From the NCBI GenBank assembly GCA_046754105.1, contig JBHHVD010000089.1, positions 1-12,542 on the forward strand: a stretch of 12,542 nt of DNA, written 5' to 3'. Position numbers and translations under genes: made by a program. This stretch comes from Candidatus Krumholzibacteriia bacterium. Lineage in GTDB: Bacteria > Krumholzibacteriota > Krumholzibacteriia > WVZY01. Positions 8,247-12,542 of the stretch are shown one piece after another. The notes under the pieces are model-generated. The model did no database searches and was not told where the DNA came from. It saw nothing but the letters and a program-made list of their open reading frames with translations. Each line of letters begins with the position of its first letter. Within the stretch, counting starts at the first letter, position 1.

Positions 8247-8279
8247 CCCGTCGCGCCGTCCCCGGGGGAACGGCCGAAA

Positions 8280-8295
8280 TGGCATTTTGCATGCC
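8280..8295 (+). promoter_or_regulatory. Second, weaker sigma54-like site (palindromic)
   Basis: TGGCATTTTGCATGCC has GG-N10-GC spacing and is also an inverted repeat, GGCAT-N5-ATGCC. Confidence 0.4.
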
Positions 8296-8518
8296 TCTTT
8301 CAAGAATAATGCAAGCCGGCGTCCCGGCAAGTATGGGCCGACGCCGTAACGTTCGTTGAATCATGAGGGATCGGCTGCGCGGACCGGTGAGGTGCCGTAT
8401 GGGACCGGGGGGGGAGCGCGGGCTTTGCGGCCGTCTTTAAAGAGCCGCTCGGGCATGACTTATGAACACGGAACAAAGTGCCGTCGAATGGGACGAACGT
8501 GATACACGGGACGGGTTT

Positions 8519-8534
8519 CGCACCGCGCGGTGCG
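8519..8534. repeat. Perfect 16-bp palindrome
   Basis: CGCACCGCGCGGTGCG equals its own reverse complement. It is enclosed by ACACGG (8504-8509) and CCGTGT (8536-8541). Confidence 0.7.
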
Positions 8535-8545
8535 GCCGTGTCTCG

Positions 8546-8561
8546 TGGCATAACTCTTGCG
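8546..8561 (+). promoter_or_regulatory. sigma54 (RpoN) -24/-12 promoter upstream of pilB
   Basis: TGGCATAACTCTTGCG matches the TGGCAC-N5-TTGC consensus with exact GG-N10-GC spacing, 78 bp upstream of the pilB start. Confidence 0.72.
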
Positions 8562-8639
8562 CAATCCGGCGAAGCCTCGAGGTGGACCGACCAGACCCAG
8601 TAAAACCGAGTCACAGCGGCATAACGGAGGAACCATCAA

Positions 8640-10322
8640 TTGAAAGATAAGATCGCCAGAAAACTGCTCGAATCCGCGCTGGTCTCACAGGAGCAAATGA
8701 GCAAGGCGATGGAAGTGCAGAAATCCGAAGGCGGATCGCTAAGCTACAACCTCGTGAAGACCGGTGCCATTTCAGAAATGGCGTTCGCCGAATTCATGGG
8801 GCAGGTCTACAACGTTCCCGCGGTGGACCTGGAAGAAGGCGAGGCCGAAGGAGACGTTGTTGCATTGATCCCCGCCGAAGTAGCCACAAAGTTCCAGGTC
8901 GTTCCCGTCGGGCGAGAGGGCAGGGTACTCACCGTCGCCATGGCGAACCCGGACAATATCTTTGCCATCGATGATATCAAGTTTATCACCGGTCTCGAGG
9001 TCAGACCGGTGGTGGCGACCGAGACGGCCATTCGCCGCACGATCGATCGCCTCTACGACTCCGCCGACTCCCTGGCCAGCGTTATGCGGGACATGGAAGA
9101 GGATTTTGAAATCGTAGAGGATTACGACGACGATATCGCAGCGGAGGCCGAGCAGGCGTCCGACGCGCCCGTGGTGAAGCTCGTTAACAGCCTCATCTCG
9201 GACGCGGTCGCCAAGAGTGCGAGTGATATCCACATCGAGCCCTACGAGAGGTCGATGCGCGTGCGCTACCGCATCGACGGCATGTTACACGAGATGATGT
9301 CGCCGCCGTTCAAGATGAAGGGAGCGATCATCTCCCGCCTCAAGATCATGGCGGAACTCGACATCGCCGAGAAACGCGTGCCCCAGGACGGGCGCATCAA
9401 GATCCGCATAAGCGGCAAGCCGATCGACCTTCGTGTCAGCACGCTGCCCACGATATACGGCGAGAAGATCGTAATGCGAATCCTGGACAAGAGCAACCTG
9501 CAGATCGACCTGATGAAGTTTGGATTCGAAGAAGATGCATTGAAAAATTTCCTGAACGCCATCGAATCGCCGTACGGACTGGTGTTGGTGACCGGACCGA
9601 CGGGTTCGGGCAAAACCACGACACTCTACAGTTCGCTCAGCCGCATCAACAAACCTTTCACCAACGTCATGACGGCCGAGGACCCGGTTGAGTACAACCT
9701 CGACGGCATCAACCAGGTCAACGTCCACGAGGAAATCGGGTTGACCTTCGCCGCGGCGCTAAAGGCCTTTCTGCGCCAGGACCCGAACATCGTAATGGTC
9801 GGTGAGATTCGAGACCTCGAGACGGCCTCGATCGCGATAAAGGCCGCGCTCACCGGTCACCTCGTGCTAAGCACGCTGCACACGAACGACGCGCCCAGTT
9901 CGATCAACCGTATGATCGACATGGGTATCGAGCCGTTCCTCGTTTCGAGTTCGGTGCAGACGATCGTCGCGCAGCGCCTGGTGAGACGGTTGTGCATGAA
10001 GTGCAAGGTGGAGGCTGTCATGCACGAGGAAACGCTGCTGGAACTGGGTATCACGGAATCCCCGGAGGAGCTGACCCTCTTCGAGGCCAAGGGGTGCGTT
10101 GCGTGCAACGATACGGGCTATTCCGGACGGCAGGGCCTCTACGAGGTGATGCCGGTAGATGGAACGGTGCGAGAGATGATCATCGAGAGGAAATCAACTT
10201 CGGAAATCAAGAACTACGTCATCAAAGCCGGTATGCTGACGCTGCGGATGGACGGGCTGGAGAAGTTCAAAAAGGGCATAACTTCGCTCGAAGAGATATT
10301 GCGCGAGACGAGCGATTTCTAA
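8640..10322 (+). CDS. pilB: Type IV pilus assembly (extension) ATPase PilB
   Basis: GspE/PilB motifs APVVKLVN, ASDIHIEP, RYRIDG, LDIAEKRVPQDG, Walker A GPTGSGKT, EDPVE, LRQDP..MVGEIRD, TGHLVLSTLHTNDA, and zinc motifs CMKC/CVAC. TTG start after GGAGG at 8626-8630. Followed by pilT and pilC. Confidence 0.96.
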   Translation: MKDKIARKLLESALVSQEQMSKAMEVQKSEGGSLSYNLVKTGAISEMAFAEFMGQVYNVPAVDLEEGEAEGDVVALIPAEVATKFQVVPVGREGRVLTVAMANPDNIFAIDDIKFITGLEVRPVVATETAIRRTIDRLYDSADSLASVMRDMEEDFEIVEDYDDDIAAEAEQASDAPVVKLVNSLISDAVAKSASDIHIEPYERSMRVRYRIDGMLHEMMSPPFKMKGAIISRLKIMAELDIAEKRVPQDGRIKIRISGKPIDLRVSTLPTIYGEKIVMRILDKSNLQIDLMKFGFEEDALKNFLNAIESPYGLVLVTGPTGSGKTTTLYSSLSRINKPFTNVMTAEDPVEYNLDGINQVNVHEEIGLTFAAALKAFLRQDPNIVMVGEIRDLETASIAIKAALTGHLVLSTLHTNDAPSSINRMIDMGIEPFLVSSSVQTIVAQRLVRRLCMKCKVEAVMHEETLLELGITESPEELTLFEAKGCVACNDTGYSGRQGLYEVMPVDGTVREMIIERKSTSEIKNYVIKAGMLTLRMDGLEKFKKGITSLEEILRETSDF

Positions 10323-10336
10323 AGAAAAGGTGAATA

Positions 10337-11410
10337 ATGATCAACCTGCGAGATCTCCTGCGCGAGATGATTGAAAAGAAAGCGTCGGACATTCATATCA
10401 CGGCGGGCCTGCCGCCTCAACTGCGTATCAACGGTCAGATTGTAAGCAGCGATCACGAACCGCTCACCCCCGAGATCACGCTACAGATTACTTACAGCAT
10501 TCTCAACGAAGAGCAGCAGAAGCGTTTCGAAGCCGAACACGAACTGGATTTTTCCTTCGGGGTCAAAGGCCTGAGCCGATTTCGAGCCAACGTGTTCCTG
10601 CAGCGGGGAGTCACAAGCCTGGCCATCCGCCAGATCCCCTACGAAATCCTGTCGATGCGGGAGTTGGGGCTGCCCGACATCGTGCAAAAGCTGTCGGAGA
10701 AACAAAAGGGTCTGATACTGGTTACGGGGCCTACGGGCAGCGGCAAGTCCACGACGCAGGCCAGCGTTATCGACAAGATCAACACGGAAAGAAGCAACCA
10801 TATTATCACGATCGAAGACCCCATCGAGTACGTTCATCAGCATAAGAAGTGCATCGTCAATCAGCGCGAAGTTCGCGCGGACACCGACAGTTTTAGCGCC
10901 GCCCTCAAGCACGTATTGAGGCAGGATCCCGACGTCATCCTCATCGGTGAGATGCGCGACCTCGAGACAATGGGAGCGGCGCTCACAATCGCCGAAACGG
11001 GACACCTCACCCTCGCCACCCTGCACACGAACTCGACGTACGAATCCATAAACCGAATCGTCGATTCGTTTCCCGCCTCGCAACAGGGGCAGATACGGGC
11101 GCAACTGGCCTTCGTGCTGGAAGGTGTCATTACCCAGCAGCTGATTCCGAAAAAGAACGGAAGCGGGCGGGTGATGTGCTGCGAGATCATGGTATGCACG
11201 CCGGCGATCCGGGCGACGATCAGGGACGATAAGATCCACCAAATCTACGGGCTCATGCAGGCCGGCCAGAAATTCGGTATGCAAACCATGAATCAAGCGT
11301 TGTTCAACGCCGCCGTCAAAGGTGACATCTCGACCGAAGAGGCGATGCGTCGAAGTTCAGATCCGGACGAACTCAGCAAGATGCTAGGTGAGAAGCAGGA
11401 GGTCTGGTAG
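10337..11410 (+). CDS. pilT: Type IV pilus retraction ATPase PilT
   Basis: 357 aa with ASDIHI, ELDFSF, RFRANVF, Walker A GPTGSGKST, TIEDPIE, LRQDPDVILIGEMRD, AETGHL..TLHTN, AIRATIRD (AIRNLIRE-like) and GMQTM. Confidence 0.96.
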   Translation: MINLRDLLREMIEKKASDIHITAGLPPQLRINGQIVSSDHEPLTPEITLQITYSILNEEQQKRFEAEHELDFSFGVKGLSRFRANVFLQRGVTSLAIRQIPYEILSMRELGLPDIVQKLSEKQKGLILVTGPTGSGKSTTQASVIDKINTERSNHIITIEDPIEYVHQHKKCIVNQREVRADTDSFSAALKHVLRQDPDVILIGEMRDLETMGAALTIAETGHLTLATLHTNSTYESINRIVDSFPASQQGQIRAQLAFVLEGVITQQLIPKKNGSGRVMCCEIMVCTPAIRATIRDDKIHQIYGLMQAGQKFGMQTMNQALFNAAVKGDISTEEAMRRSSDPDELSKMLGEKQEVW

Positions 11411-11448
11411 GAAGCCCTGCCGGCCGTTCGTTCAAGGGAGAAAAGAAC

Positions 11449-12542
11449 ATGTCCAATACCTACGTGTGGAAAGGCAGAAGCCCAAGCGGAGAGATCCTTT
11501 CCGGGGAATACGTTACGGAGAACAAGCAGGAGCTCATCAACTACTTGCGCAAGCGCAAGATAATCGTTACGTCCCTCAAGGAGAAATCGAAGCAGTTGAA
11601 CCTCAAACTGTCTTTCGGCGGCAAGATCACGGTCAAGGATCTTGGCGTATTCACACGTCAGTTCGCGACGATGATCAACGCGGGTCTGCCCATGGTCCAG
11701 TGCCTGGACATTCTGGGAAAACAGCTGGAGAAAGAAAAATTCCAGAAAATCGTCAACACGGTAACGACCGATGTGGAGGGTGGCACTACGCTGGCTGAAG
11801 CGCTGGGCAAGCACCCGGCGCTGTTTACTACGCTGTACGTCAACATGGTCGACGCGGGCGAGGCGGGAGGTATCCTGGACTTGATCTTGAACCGGCTCGC
11901 CGTCTACCTGGAAAAGGCCGAAGCCCTGGCCCGCAAGGTAAAGTCTGCTCTCATGTATCCCGCCGTCGTGTTCTTCGTCGCGGTTGGTGCGACCGTTTTC
12001 ATGCTGGTTTTCATTATTCCCACTTTTGCGAAGATGTTCGTCGATTTCGGGGGTGAGCTTCCGCTGCCCACGAAGATTGTCATGGGACTCAGCAATTTTC
12101 TCCGCACCAAGTGGTATCTGATGGTCGCGATCATCGGCGGTGCGATTTTCGCGTTCAAACGGTTTGTGGCTACCGATGCGGGCCGGTTCAAGGTGGACCA
12201 GTTTCTGCTCAAGGTGCCCGTGTTGGGACAGGTGATTCGCAAGTCGGCTATCGCGCGCTTCACCCGCACCCTGGGCACACTCGTATCCAGCGGCGTTCCG
12301 ATCCTCAACGGGCTCGACATCACCGCGCGCACGGCCGGCAACAAGGTGGTCGAACAGGCGATCTTTGCGACGCGGGAGAGCATCAGCCAGGGTAACACGA
12401 TTTCGGAGCCGCTGAGGCAGTGCGGCGTGTTTCCGCCGATGGTGACGCAGATGATCGGCGTCGGCGAACAGACCGGTGCTCTGGACGAGATGCTCGAGAA
12501 GATAGCCAATTTCTATGATGACGAGGTGGACACGGCAGTGGA
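11449..12542 (+). CDS. pilC: Type IV pilus inner-membrane platform protein PilC (T2SS F family), 3'-truncated by the window edge
   Basis: Not in the ORF track because it has no stop codon in the window. My translation from ATG 11449 (RBS AAGGGAG at 11434-11440) reads MSNTYVWKGRSPSGE…VFTRQFATMINAGLP…VEGG.TLAEAL.KHP..F..LYVNMVDAGEAGG.LD…KVKSALMYP…FTRTLGTLVSSGVPI…MIGVGEQTGALDEML. Confidence 0.96.
   Translation, partial: MSNTYVWKGRSPSGEILSGEYVTENKQELINYLRKRKIIVTSLKEKSKQLNLKLSFGGKITVKDLGVFTRQFATMINAGLPMVQCLDILGKQLEKEKFQKIVNTVTTDVEGGTTLAEALGKHPALFTTLYVNMVDAGEAGGILDLILNRLAVYLEKAEALARKVKSALMYPAVVFFVAVGATVFMLVFIIPTFAKMFVDFGGELPLPTKIVMGLSNFLRTKWYLMVAIIGGAIFAFKRFVATDAGRFKVDQFLLKVPVLGQVIRKSAIARFTRTLGTLVSSGVPILNGLDITARTAGNKVVEQAIFATRESISQGNTISEPLRQCGVFPPMVTQMIGVGEQTGALDEMLEKIANFYDDEVDTAV

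Noticed and set aside
8255..8274. GC-rich hairpin after the comEA-like gene as an intrinsic terminator
   Set aside because: The stem (GCCGT…ACGGC) is present but no U-run follows it directly.
8462..8650. Small ORFs in the pilB upstream region (8462-8650 +, 8165-8359 +, 8300-8614 -)
   Set aside because: They lack a convincing RBS or protein-like features, and they overlap promoter motifs or adjacent genes.
10481..12509. Minus-strand ORFs opposite pilT and pilC
   Set aside because: They are antisense shadows of clearly identified pil genes.
1..12542. Mobile elements, CRISPR arrays, tRNA/rRNA, defence systems
   Set aside because: No transposase or integrase motifs, no regularly spaced repeats and no tRNA or rRNA signatures were seen by eye.

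Overview
High-GC bacterial chromosomal window with all credible genes on the + strand. It holds (i) the 3' part of a histidine-utilisation operon (hutH partial, hutU, hutI); (ii) a 516-aa protein with TPR blocks at both ends and a Pro/Ala/Glu-rich linker, which resembles a shortened Myxococcus SgmX-type pilus activator; (iii) a three-gene cassette of a solitary ECF S-component (CbrT-like IPNV motif), an outer-membrane beta-barrel with a degenerate TonB-receptor plug, and a ComEA-like helix-hairpin-helix protein; (iv) a 393-bp motif-rich intergenic region with a near-consensus sigma54 promoter; and (v) the type IV pilus motor genes pilB-pilT-pilC (pilC truncated by the window end). The organism is a diderm. 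The gene mix suggests an FCB-group-like or deltaproteobacteria-like lineage, but that is inference only. No mobile elements, CRISPR arrays, tRNAs or rRNAs were seen. The best candidates for something undescribed are the SgmX-like/pilBTC linkage with a degenerate MshEN domain, the S-component + atypical barrel + ComEA cassette with a structured leader lacking a recognisable riboswitch, and the sigma54 regulatory region. Family assignments come from motif recognition, not from database searches.
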